Of a stretch of DNA of 64,000 nt, positions 40,055 to 48,680 are shown piece by piece; positions within the stretch are counted from its first letter, which is position 1; every line of letters starts with the position of its first letter. Source of the stretch: a virus. A program made the position numbers and the translations under genes. The stretch spans positions 1 through 64,000 of IMG/VR virus record IMGVR_UViG_3300017917_003893; one strand, 5' to 3'. The notes beneath the pieces are model-generated. The model ran no database searches. It was not told where the DNA came from and saw only the letters and a list, made by a program, of their open reading frames with translations.

Positions 40055-40083
40055 AAAAAACCGAGTCTTATCTCGGTTTTTTT
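40055..40083 (+). terminator. Intrinsic terminator
   Basis: AAAAAACCGAG-TCTTAT-CTCGGTTTTTTT. Confidence 0.85.
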
Positions 40084-40195
40084 ATTTTAAAATAAATTTA
40101 TTTTTTTAACATTCGAAATTTTTAAAAAATCCTCGATTTGATTTTTGACGTAAAAAAACTCAAATATATAAGTCATATAAATTCATATTTTTTAT

Positions 40196-40489
40196 ATGAG
40201 ATACTCTGAATTAAATCTTCATGGAAAGACTTACACAAGTCAAAGGGAAATAGAAGAAATACTTACTAAACACAAATTCTATTGGCTAATAGATTCTGAA
40301 ATTGAGAATGCTAAGATAGAAATAGTTAACGACACAATTATATGGCATGATGGTAGTTTCTACACAGGAGACTGGCATTATGGTATTTTTAAAAATGGTA
40401 GTTTCTACGGAAATTGGGAAAATGGTATATGGGAAAGTGGTAATTTTGGCGGAAAATGGCAAAGCGGTATCAATCTTAAACAGATATAA
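40196..40489 (+). CDS. Hypothetical protein with short G-x-(W/F) repeats
   Basis: WHDGSFYTGDWHYGIFKNGSFYGNWENGIWESGNF. Confidence 0.7.
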   Translation: MRYSELNLHGKTYTSQREIEEILTKHKFYWLIDSEIENAKIEIVNDTIIWHDGSFYTGDWHYGIFKNGSFYGNWENGIWESGNFGGKWQSGINLKQI

Positions 40490-40505
40490 AAAATAAACAA
40501 TTACT

Positions 40506-40976
40506 ATGAAAAGAAAAAGAATTACTCTTGAATCACAAGAAAAAAAACAAGAGAAGGAAATTTTCAATCAGAGAACGGGTGCGGCGGTTATTAAGGAAGG
40601 TGACGAGTATTTTTTTGAAATTGGCTCAGAAATGACAACAGATGTAGCAGAGGCGGTTTCGATATTTATGAGAAATATAGACTGGAATGACCCTATTTGG
40701 AATACGGCAGTGAATGAAAAAATGATATACGAAAATATAACACCTGAGAAGTCTCTCTATTGGTTAACAGGTGGTGTTAAAGAATGGAGTTCATTAAATC
40801 ATTATAACAGACCTTGGTGTGATTGTTATTTAGACTTCCAAGAGGAATTTGGTTTTCTAATAGTAAACATTGTAAAAAAATCAAAAACGTTATTAGATAT
40901 TAGAAACTCTTTTATGAAGTATCTTAACTTACCGATACTATATAATTTTGCAATTAGTAAAAATATGATTAAATAA
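40506..40976 (+). CDS. Hypothetical protein
   Basis: 156-aa ORF followed by a terminator. Confidence 0.7.
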   Translation: MKRKRITLESQEKKQEKEIFNQRTGAAVIKEGDEYFFEIGSEMTTDVAEAVSIFMRNIDWNDPIWNTAVNEKMIYENITPEKSLYWLTGGVKEWSSLNHYNRPWCDCYLDFQEEFGFLIVNIVKKSKTLLDIRNSFMKYLNLPILYNFAISKNMIK

Positions 40977-40995
40977 ATAAAAATAAACTTAATAT

Positions 40996-41027
40996 AAAAT
41001 CCCATCACAATGATGGGATTTTTTTTT
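40996..41027 (+). terminator. Intrinsic terminator abutting a late promoter
   Basis: AAAATCCCATCA-CAA-TGATGGGATTTTTTTTT, then TAATATATA at 41027. Confidence 0.85.
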
Positions 41028-41039
41028 AATATATAATCT

Positions 41040-41321
41040 ATGGAACAATTAAAAACAGTTTGTAGAAACCCTTGGTGTAAAGCCACTTTCTTTTATAAAG
41101 AAGAAGACATGGTTGTTTTATCACAAGATATTAGAAAAAATAATATTGATGCTGTTTTAGATGAGGTTCAAAAAGTTCCACCAACAGTTTGTCCAAAGTG
41201 TAAAAGTTTTGATACAGAGCTTAGTGGTGGTGTTCAGTGGAAAACAAAAGATTACGAAGGTAGTAGGTTTGATGGTTCTCCACATGAAATTAGATATAGA
41301 GTAACAAATTATAAATTATAA
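41040..41321 (+). CDS. Small zinc-ribbon protein
   Basis: CRNPWC...CPKC. Confidence 0.65.
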   Translation: MEQLKTVCRNPWCKATFFYKEEDMVVLSQDIRKNNIDAVLDEVQKVPPTVCPKCKSFDTELSGGVQWKTKDYEGSRFDGSPHEIRYRVTNYKL

Positions 41322-42166
41322 TGAAAGCACATTTTTTTGATATAGATTCTATTTTAGAAGTTAATGCTAAGGTTTGGATTGTTGATAAAACTATTCCTAA
41401 TATACCTATTATGAAGATATCTCAGTCTGATTTTAATTTAATCAAAAATGGTATCTATAGAAGTCAAGGCAATTCTATTAGTTTCAGTGGACACAACTAT
41501 TGGTTACCAACTGATTTGTTTGAAAAGTTAAAGATAAAATCAAAAAATCATAGAACTGATATTTCTAACTTGTCTTTTTCTATGCAAGAGTTTATGAACA
41601 AAGAGTTAATTGAAAACTTAGACTATGATATAAACTTTGATAATATATCACATCTTAAAAATACTGATGATGATATTTATGTTATATGTTCAAAGAATAC
41701 TAAAAGAAACTACGAACTTATGATATCTAAGATAGAAGATAAACTAAAAGATAATGGTTTATCTATCAAAAAGTATTATTATATATCAGAAACATTTTAT
41801 AATAGAAGTGAAGATGATATATCACATAAAAAAGTGAGACTATTGTTACAACATCTTATAGGCTATAAAACAGAGTTAGATAAGTTTATAGATGAAAAAA
41901 TAGAAAAGTATGACGAGTTATATTTCTATGATGATGAAATATCATCTATTAAGTTATCTATTGATTGTAATAAGTTATTAATGTATTTACTTTCTAATAC
42001 AGATTCTTCTATAAAAGATATAATAAAACAAGATATAAAACAAAGTGAGCCTTTATTAGTTGTTAATCAAATAACTGGAAATAAAGTTAATAGATTTATA
42101 TCGACAGATGTTAAAATTCAATTTAGCAATCTTATAAAAGTTTTTGAAAGTTTTAAGTGGAAGTAA
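41321..42166 (+). CDS. HAD-like hypothetical protein
   Basis: HFFDID N-terminal DxD motif and LYFYDD motif IV-like segment. Confidence 0.5.
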   Translation: MKAHFFDIDSILEVNAKVWIVDKTIPNIPIMKISQSDFNLIKNGIYRSQGNSISFSGHNYWLPTDLFEKLKIKSKNHRTDISNLSFSMQEFMNKELIENLDYDINFDNISHLKNTDDDIYVICSKNTKRNYELMISKIEDKLKDNGLSIKKYYYISETFYNRSEDDISHKKVRLLLQHLIGYKTELDKFIDEKIEKYDELYFYDDEISSIKLSIDCNKLLMYLLSNTDSSIKDIIKQDIKQSEPLLVVNQITGNKVNRFISTDVKIQFSNLIKVFESFKWK

Positions 42167-42799
42167 TTACTTATCCTTCTCTTTGTTTATCATAGCGTTT
42201 TTAATAAGCTCATTTAACTTTCTATTATCCATTATTGACCCACCTGTATCTACATCGGATTCTGTCATAGCCTCGTTTTGAGCTTTTACCACATCTGGAT
42301 TTTCAATTTCATTTAGACCTAAGTCTTTTCTTAGATTCTTGTAAAACTTTTCAAGTTCGGTTCTTTGAGTAGATGAGAATTTAGAGTTTTCTCTAATTTG
42401 ACCAATTGTTTGATTAACAACTTCATGCATTCTTGCTGAGTTGTCACCGTTGTCAACTTGTCTTAATTGTGATAAGAAGTTTTTTCTAGTCATTTTTTGT
42501 AAAAATATTGTTTCAGCGTAGACTTTAGCATCTTCTCTCATCTTGTTTCTTATATATGGGTGTTCTTTTAATTGAGGCACATCGCTTAAATATAAATCAA
42601 TAAGAGATTCTAATACTTCCATAGACTGTTGACTGGCAACTGTCATATCTGAATCATAATCATATATTTCAATTTCACCTAAATCTGGTAAATCTTCAGG
42701 TCTGGCTAGGTGTTTACTTATATCAAATTCACCATTTTCTGATTGAATTTCATCAAATTCATCCTTTATTCTATTTCTTTCATTTTCAGTTTTTGACAT
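42167..42799 (-). CDS. Candidate terminase small subunit (T4 gp16-like)
   Basis: Helical protein with an SARMHEVV segment reminiscent of gp16 PRxxEV; divergent from terL. Confidence 0.4.
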   Translation of the reverse strand: MSKTENERNRIKDEFDEIQSENGEFDISKHLARPEDLPDLGEIEIYDYDSDMTVASQQSMEVLESLIDLYLSDVPQLKEHPYIRNKMREDAKVYAETIFLQKMTRKNFLSQLRQVDNGDNSARMHEVVNQTIGQIRENSKFSSTQRTELEKFYKNLRKDLGLNEIENPDVVKAQNEAMTESDVDTGGSIMDNRKLNELIKNAMINKEKDK

Positions 42800-42846
42800 A
42801 GAAGACGGTTTTTTACAATATATATTAAAAAATATGTTTTCCTAAA

Positions 42847-44982
42847 ATGGCATTTGCACCACAACAAGAGAGACAAATGGTCTTTACGACCAAGTTAGTA
42901 GATGAGGCAACTGATAAGATTAATGATGGTATTGTTATAAAACGATATCAAAATCCTTGGCTTAAAAGTGAAGTTGGTTTGAGAAGAGCTGGTGTTTCAT
43001 TTAGAATGTCGGCTGATGAACAACAAGAGTACGTTAGATGTGCTTTAGACGTTCATTACTTCGTAGAAAAATATTGCAAAGTAAAGAGAGAAGATGGTTC
43101 TGTTGGTTCTATTAAACTTAGAGATTACCAAAAGGAAATTCTGGATAATTTTGTTAATAATAGATTTAACATTCTAATGGCGTCCCGTCAGGTTGGTAAG
43201 ACAATATCATCTGCTATTTTCATGTTACATAAGATATTATTTGATAATGATAAGAATATAATGATTGTTGCTAACAAAGGTGATACCGCTGTTGAGATTG
43301 TAGATAAGATTAAGTCTATTTATACTTTACTACCTTTCTTTTTGAAGCCAGGTATTAAAACATGGAATCAAAAATCATTAACATTTGAAAACGGTTGTAG
43401 AATTAAAACATCTGCTAGAACAAAAACTCCAGCTATTGGTTTTACCATTGATGTTCTTTATCTTGATGAGTTCGCGCACATTCCTTCTAATATTATTGAG
43501 CCTTATTATACTGCGGCTTTTCCAACAACTGCGGCTGTTCAAAATTCAAAGATTATTATCACTTCCACTCCGAATGGTATGAACTTGTTTCATAGGCTTC
43601 TAACAGATGCTGAAAGACCTGAGGGTGATCCACTAAAGAACAACTATAAACCCATGAGAGTTTATTGGTATCAAGTTCCTGGTCGATTTGTTACTTACAT
43701 AAGACTTAATTCTCATAAAATGTATGAGCATGGTGTTACTAAAGAAGAAATATTTAATTTAGTTAATGATACTTGGGGTTCTCAGACTAAGGTCTTTATG
43801 GAATATAACATGGATTTACTCAAAGATGTTATTAATGTATTCAATAATGATTCTTGTACAGATGAAGATGTTAAAAAGATGACCTTTATAGATAATAAAG
43901 GATTTGAAGTCCCTATAATGGCTATAGCCGAAGTTACAACATGGAAAGAAGAGGCTATTAAAGATATTGGTGGTGAGGATGCTTTTAACCAAGAGTATGG
44001 TTTGAGATTTATTAACGCATCTAAGTCATTATTAAATGAGGCTATTATAGATGAATTATTAAAAGGTAAAAAGAACTATGTTTGGGAACAAATACCCGAA
44101 CTTGATAGAAGATTGAAGTTTAGTTATCAAGACTTGAAATGGGTAGATGATGACAATATATTTATACCTATAATGAGAAAAGATTATAAATTTGTTATAT
44201 CTGTCGATATATCTGAAGGTTTGGGTCAGGATTACTCTATCATAAATATATTTAAGATATCTGAAAAGCCAAAAGATTTAATAGAAATACAAAAGCCTTC
44301 ATATAAATCAATAGTTGACTTTTTTAGGCTTGAACAGGTTGGTATTTATAGAAACAACTACATATCTGTTAAACAATTGGCTGAGTTGCTTTATATGATT
44401 GTATTTGAATATCTAAATCCTGATAATTGTAAAGTTGTTGTTGAGTTAAATAACTATGGTAATACTCTATTTGCGGAATTACCACACGTTTTTGATGGAA
44501 ATAACAACTATGGATCTTCAGTATTTGTTAGATATAAACATAGAGCAGATGCAACTGAAGAAAAAGTAGGTCTTAAAGTAGGTGAAAATAAGAATCTAAT
44601 GGTTAAAGACTATCAAGACTTAATGCAGTCTAAAGGATTTATTATAACAAATGAAGATAATATTAGAGAAATTACAACATTTGTTAAACATACAACATCA
44701 GCAGGTAATACGAGATATGCGGCAGATGTCGGACATGATGATACTGTAATGACTATAGTTAACGCCACTACTGTTTTTGGTCGTCATGATTTTAGTGAAA
44801 TGGTTGAAGAATGGTCTTCTAAATTTGTTGATAAAGAATTTATGAACTATGTTCAAGAATCTCTTAGAAACATTGACTATGTTGAGGGTGTTGACTATGG
44901 TCAAGTTCTAAGAGTTCGTAGACAACAAATGAATAGAAATAAAGGTAAAAACTTAAATAGTGGTGGTTGGTTTAATAATTAA
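42847..44982 (+). CDS. terL: Terminase large subunit (T4 gp17-like)
   Basis: LRDYQ, ASRQVGKT (Walker A), LYLDEFA (Walker B), ITSTPNG, VDISEG.GQDYS, GHDD nuclease motifs. Confidence 0.95.
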   Translation: MAFAPQQERQMVFTTKLVDEATDKINDGIVIKRYQNPWLKSEVGLRRAGVSFRMSADEQQEYVRCALDVHYFVEKYCKVKREDGSVGSIKLRDYQKEILDNFVNNRFNILMASRQVGKTISSAIFMLHKILFDNDKNIMIVANKGDTAVEIVDKIKSIYTLLPFFLKPGIKTWNQKSLTFENGCRIKTSARTKTPAIGFTIDVLYLDEFAHIPSNIIEPYYTAAFPTTAAVQNSKIIITSTPNGMNLFHRLLTDAERPEGDPLKNNYKPMRVYWYQVPGRFVTYIRLNSHKMYEHGVTKEEIFNLVNDTWGSQTKVFMEYNMDLLKDVINVFNNDSCTDEDVKKMTFIDNKGFEVPIMAIAEVTTWKEEAIKDIGGEDAFNQEYGLRFINASKSLLNEAIIDELLKGKKNYVWEQIPELDRRLKFSYQDLKWVDDDNIFIPIMRKDYKFVISVDISEGLGQDYSIINIFKISEKPKDLIEIQKPSYKSIVDFFRLEQVGIYRNNYISVKQLAELLYMIVFEYLNPDNCKVVVELNNYGNTLFAELPHVFDGNNNYGSSVFVRYKHRADATEEKVGLKVGENKNLMVKDYQDLMQSKGFIITNEDNIREITTFVKHTTSAGNTRYAADVGHDDTVMTIVNATTVFGRHDFSEMVEEWSSKFVDKEFMNYVQESLRNIDYVEGVDYGQVLRVRRQQMNRNKGKNLNSGGWFNN

Positions 44983-45263
44983 CCATTTGCTTCCATAGTA
45001 GCACTTAGACCAGCACTTCTTAGTTTGTCTTTCATTGTTGAAATAGTATCTAAATCACCATATTTTACATCACATTTTCCGCTAAAATGTACAATATGAG
45101 CACACTGAGTAGCTTGTTCTTCTTCGTGTTTACAGATTTTCATCAAACATGTTATTACCCAATCAAAAGTATTATGATCGTCATTGTGTAGAACAAGTTT
45201 GTATGGTTTAGATAGTATTTCTTCTACTTTTGAAGATGTTTTCTTTTTAGTAATTGTTGCCAT
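44979..45263 (-). CDS. clpS: ATP-dependent Clp protease adaptor ClpS
   Basis: YKLVLHNDDHNTFDWVI...QA.QCA.IVH..GKC.VK.G. Confidence 0.85.
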   Translation of the reverse strand: MATITKKKTSSKVEEILSKPYKLVLHNDDHNTFDWVITCLMKICKHEEEQATQCAHIVHFSGKCDVKYGDLDTISTMKDKLRSAGLSATMEANG

Positions 45264-45288
45264 ATAATAATATTATATATTTTTATTT

Positions 45289-45807
45289 TTAATATGTTGA
45301 TTCTGTTTTGTTGATAACATCAATAACTTTAACACTTACATGATGTTCAGCTGCCCATTCCTTAAATCTTACAAGATGCTCATGTCTATCATCATACATG
45401 ACAAATTCGTCTACTCCAAGCTCTTCAATTTTTTCTTCAAATAACTTAGTTTTAAAGTTATAAGTATCACCACCCCAGTTTAGATGGATTTCATCAAATG
45501 ATAGATTGTGTTGATTTAAAATTTTCATCACGTTTTCAAGCATACCTTCTTTTTTTCTAAGTCTTCCGGTTGCTAAAATAACGTAGTTTTCTGGATCAGA
45601 AACAGCTTCTAAATACTTTTTATAAACCCATTGATTTAGTGGTATGTAGAATATATCAGGATCGATACTTTCAGAGCGACCCCACCAGCCATTATAAGGC
45701 CAATCTGTACCAGTTTTTTCCTTCCATATTAGTTCGCCTTCCTCTGGTTTAGGTGTGTGACAAAGAGTGTCATCAAAGTCAAATGAAATAAGTCGCTTAT
45801 AAGCCAT
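45289..45807 (-). CDS. HAD-superfamily phosphatase (Swiss-Army-Knife RNA-repair-like HAD)
   Basis: SFDFDDTLCHTP, WW, LATGR, FK, MYDDR. Confidence 0.7.
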   Translation of the reverse strand: MAYKRLISFDFDDTLCHTPKPEEGELIWKEKTGTDWPYNGWWGRSESIDPDIFYIPLNQWVYKKYLEAVSDPENYVILATGRLRKKEGMLENVMKILNQHNLSFDEIHLNWGGDTYNFKTKLFEEKIEELGVDEFVMYDDRHEHLVRFKEWAAEHHVSVKVIDVINKTESTY

Positions 45808-45908
45808 ATATAGTTTTTTCTTTTTATTTTACAAAGATATATATAAATTTTCGAAAATAAAAGGGTCAGATTATAAAATAATATATAATTACAAAAATTA
45901 TAAGTTTT

Positions 45909-46325
45909 ATGAAATTAGACACTAAATCTATCTTAATTTTAGCTTTGCTCGGACTATCTTTATTTTTTGGACTAAAATGGTTTTGGAGTGGAGATAGCGC
46001 ATCAAAAGAAAGAGTTAAACAACTTGAACAGGAATTCAAACAATTGGAATCTCAAAAAAAAGTAGTCGATTTGGAAATAATAGCATGGAAAGCTAAGTCT
46101 GATAGCCTAAGGTTGTTAGATGCTAAGTTACAAAAAGAGATTGAGAATCAAGAAATGTTAACTAGAAAGGCTGAACAAGAAGCTAAAAATTCAAGATCTA
46201 ACTTAGAAAAAATGAAAAAAGAACTAGCAGAGACTAGACAAAAAATAGATGAAATTAAAAGTAATCCGCCTAATAGAACAGGAGATGCTCTTTTAGAATC
46301 ATTAAAAAATAAAACAAAAAATTAA
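45909..46325 (+). CDS. N-terminally membrane-anchored coiled-coil protein (spanin-like candidate)
   Basis: TM segment at residues ~8-26 followed by a long coiled coil; TAATATATA upstream. Confidence 0.5.
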   Translation: MKLDTKSILILALLGLSLFFGLKWFWSGDSASKERVKQLEQEFKQLESQKKVVDLEIIAWKAKSDSLRLLDAKLQKEIENQEMLTRKAEQEAKNSRSNLEKMKKELAETRQKIDEIKSNPPNRTGDALLESLKNKTKN

Positions 46326-46326
46326 T

Positions 46327-46836
46327 ATGAAAAGATTTTTATCACTAATCGTTGGTTTGATATTGAGTTTTAGTTCATTTGCTCAAGTTTCTAACCCTAT
46401 AGAGTATCCTAAATATGACACGGATTCAAATGGTCAACAAGTTCTTGTTATGACAATTCAACAAGCTCAGGCACTTGATAATTCAACTGATTTATTAGCT
46501 TTACTTGAAAAACTAAATACACAGATGAGTGACTATGATTCTATATGTGTTAAAGTTATAAATGATAAAGAAGTTGTTATTGCATCTCAAAAGATTGAGA
46601 TATCAAAATTAAAACAGTCTTTAGATAATAAAGATGAACAAATTAAGTCATTACAAGGTGAAGTTGCATCATATTTGAAGAAAATATTGATATTAGAAGA
46701 TCAACTTGCTAATAGACAAAAAGTTATAGATGAAAAAAATATACAATTGAGAAAAGCCAAGACTAAAATGATTTTTGGTGGAATAGGTGGTAGTGTCATT
46801 ATTTCTGTTTTAGTGGGACTATTAATAGTAAACTAA
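46327..46836 (+). CDS. Exported coiled-coil protein with C-terminal TM (spanin-like candidate)
   Basis: Signal peptide MKRFLSLIVGLILSFSSFA|Q, a coiled coil, and a C-terminal hydrophobic helix. Confidence 0.5.
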   Translation: MKRFLSLIVGLILSFSSFAQVSNPIEYPKYDTDSNGQQVLVMTIQQAQALDNSTDLLALLEKLNTQMSDYDSICVKVINDKEVVIASQKIEISKLKQSLDNKDEQIKSLQGEVASYLKKILILEDQLANRQKVIDEKNIQLRKAKTKMIFGGIGGSVIISVLVGLLIVN

Positions 46837-46895
46837 TTGAAAAAAAATGACTTTTTTAGTTTAATATATAACTTATAAAAAATATTCAAATAAAA

Positions 46896-47504
46896 ATGAA
46901 GCATATTAGAACATTTGAATCATATCGTGTTAAGAAAAACAGAGAAGAGATAATTAAAGAATCTGTTCTTCAGGTAAACGATATCTACAAAGTAAAGACT
47001 ATGATTGATATTCCTCAGTCATTGATTAACGCTTATGTTAAAAAAGTAAAAGACACAACTGGTAAAAACTTACGTCAATTTTTTGGTGATGTTGACATCG
47101 CTGAAGAAATTGTTAAGTATATCAATATGAATAATCTTGATGTTGAAAAGATTCCTGGTGGTGCTTTAATGGGTGGTGGTCAATCACAGGCTCAAACACA
47201 ACCTCAAGCTCAGCCTCAAGTTCAAGTTGAAGGTGAGACTCAAGCTCAAACACAAGCTCAAACACAAGAAGCTCCTCAAGCTCAACCTCAAGCTCAAACA
47301 CAAGAAGCTCCTCAAGCTCAGGCTCAAACACAAGAAGCTCCTCAAGGAGAATTTGAAGAACCACAAGCTCAAGCTCAAACACAAGAAGCTCCTCAAGCTC
47401 AAGGACAAGCTCAAACACAAGAAGCTCCACAAGCACAAGGTCAAGGTCAGGCTCAAGAAGAGGAAGAAGAAACTGAAGAAGGAGAAGAAGAATTACCGCT
47501 TTAA
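46896..47504 (+). CDS. Gln/Ala/Glu-repeat protein with shared N-terminal motif (MKHIRTFES), putative prohead core/internal protein
   Basis: 202 aa; QAQTQEAP repeats and an acidic C-terminus. Confidence 0.75.
   Translation: MKHIRTFESYRVKKNREEIIKESVLQVNDIYKVKTMIDIPQSLINAYVKKVKDTTGKNLRQFFGDVDIAEEIVKYINMNNLDVEKIPGGALMGGGQSQAQTQPQAQPQVQVEGETQAQTQAQTQEAPQAQPQAQTQEAPQAQAQTQEAPQGEFEEPQAQAQTQEAPQAQGQAQTQEAPQAQGQGQAQEEEEETEEGEEELPL
47181..47460 (+). repeat. Imperfect tandem coding repeat (CAAGCTCAAACACAAGAAGCTCCT; QAQTQEAP, about 5 copies)
   Basis: Directly visible in the sequence. Confidence 0.9.
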
Positions 47505-47532
47505 TTTTTGAATATTAAATATGAATATACAG

Positions 47533-47558
47533 AGCCCATCAGAAATGATGGGTTTTTT
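47533..47558 (+). terminator. Intrinsic terminator
   Basis: AGCCCATCA-GAAA-TGATGGGTTTTTT. Confidence 0.85.
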
Positions 47559-47574
47559 ATTTAATATATAGTTT

Positions 47575-48186
47575 ATGAGATTCCTTAAAACGTTTGAAAG
47601 TTATGGTAATGAAACATTAATTATTGTTGATGTTCAAAAGTCATTCAAGAAATTCTTTTCGGAAATGTATTTGAATGAGTTGAAAAAGTATTGTAATAAC
47701 TTCCAAAGTGTTTACCAAATATGGGATAACCATATCGATGGTAAAAAAGTGGATAAAGATTATCTATATGATAATACACCAGAGATTCCAATTCATGATG
47801 ACCTTTATCATTTTCCTAATCAAAAAGACTTGATTGAGAAGAGATATAACTATGATGTTGATGCTGATTTTTATAAAAAGATATTAAGTAAAGAAGTTTA
47901 TAAAGAAATTAGTGATAAGGAAGATAAAAAAGAACTTAAAAAAGGCGATATTTTCTCTACTAAAGAAGGTACAATAATAACTTACATTGGTAATAACCAC
48001 GTTTGGTTTCACGTTCCTATCAAATTGTATGAACTATTACAATCATTAAAAGGTAAAGAAGTTACAATAGTTGGTGGTGCTGACTCTGAATGTCTTGAAG
48101 ATATAGTAACAACCGCTGAGAAATTAGGTGTTAAAATTAAAAGAGATTATAAATATATTTATACTGCTAGTAGTTGTCCAATTTAA
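47575..48186 (+). CDS. Isochorismatase/nicotinamidase-fold cysteine hydrolase
   Basis: LIIVDVQ, IEK, IVGGA..EC pattern; N-terminus MRFLKTFES. Confidence 0.6.
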   Translation: MRFLKTFESYGNETLIIVDVQKSFKKFFSEMYLNELKKYCNNFQSVYQIWDNHIDGKKVDKDYLYDNTPEIPIHDDLYHFPNQKDLIEKRYNYDVDADFYKKILSKEVYKEISDKEDKKELKKGDIFSTKEGTIITYIGNNHVWFHVPIKLYELLQSLKGKEVTIVGGADSECLEDIVTTAEKLGVKIKRDYKYIYTASSCPI

Positions 48187-48680
48187 CCTTCATCAGGCAT
48201 ATCAAAACAAATTCTTAAAACATCTCCGTCAAATCCAATTGAACATTGTTCAAAATTAGAAAAAACTTGAAACCTTGGAACAATTTCTTCTTGGAGTAAT
48301 TTAAATATTTTCTTAATTTTATTATTATTAGCCATAATAATATCTAAATTGTTTCTTAACTTTTCTAGATTTTCAATCTGATTATCAACTGAATAGTTTA
48401 ATGAAGTATAATATGATTCTATATTTTCTGGACCATCTGTTGGTGGTAAAGCATCTGTTAAATATCTAGCAGTTAAGTATGTTCCTTCTTCATCAATCTC
48501 TTCATCACTTATTTGAGGTATTGTTAATTCGCAGTCATAGAAATAATCTTCATCTGTATAATCATGAAATACACATTGGAAATAATCAGATAATTCCATC
48601 ATAATTTCTTTGAATGTCTCAAAATCACATTCTTCATTTGAAGCCTCATTGAACTTCTTTAGATATACTAACTTTTTCAT
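48183..48680 (-). CDS. Acidic hypothetical protein with shared N-terminal motif (YLKKFNEA)
   Basis: 165-aa ORF with an ATGA overlap. Confidence 0.7.
   Translation of the reverse strand: MKKLVYLKKFNEASNEECDFETFKEIMMELSDYFQCVFHDYTDEDYFYDCELTIPQISDEEIDEEGTYLTARYLTDALPPTDGPENIESYYTSLNYSVDNQIENLEKLRNNLDIIMANNNKIKKIFKLLQEEIVPRFQVFSNFEQCSIGFDGDVLRICFDMPDEG

Noticed and set aside
43687-43941. Intein or intron in terL
   Set aside because: The frame is uninterrupted and there are no splice-junction residues or endonuclease motifs.
47122-47511. Alternative-frame ORFs (Lys/Leu-, Ser/Leu- and Glu/Leu-rich)
   Set aside because: They are shadows of the QAQTQEAP coding repeat.
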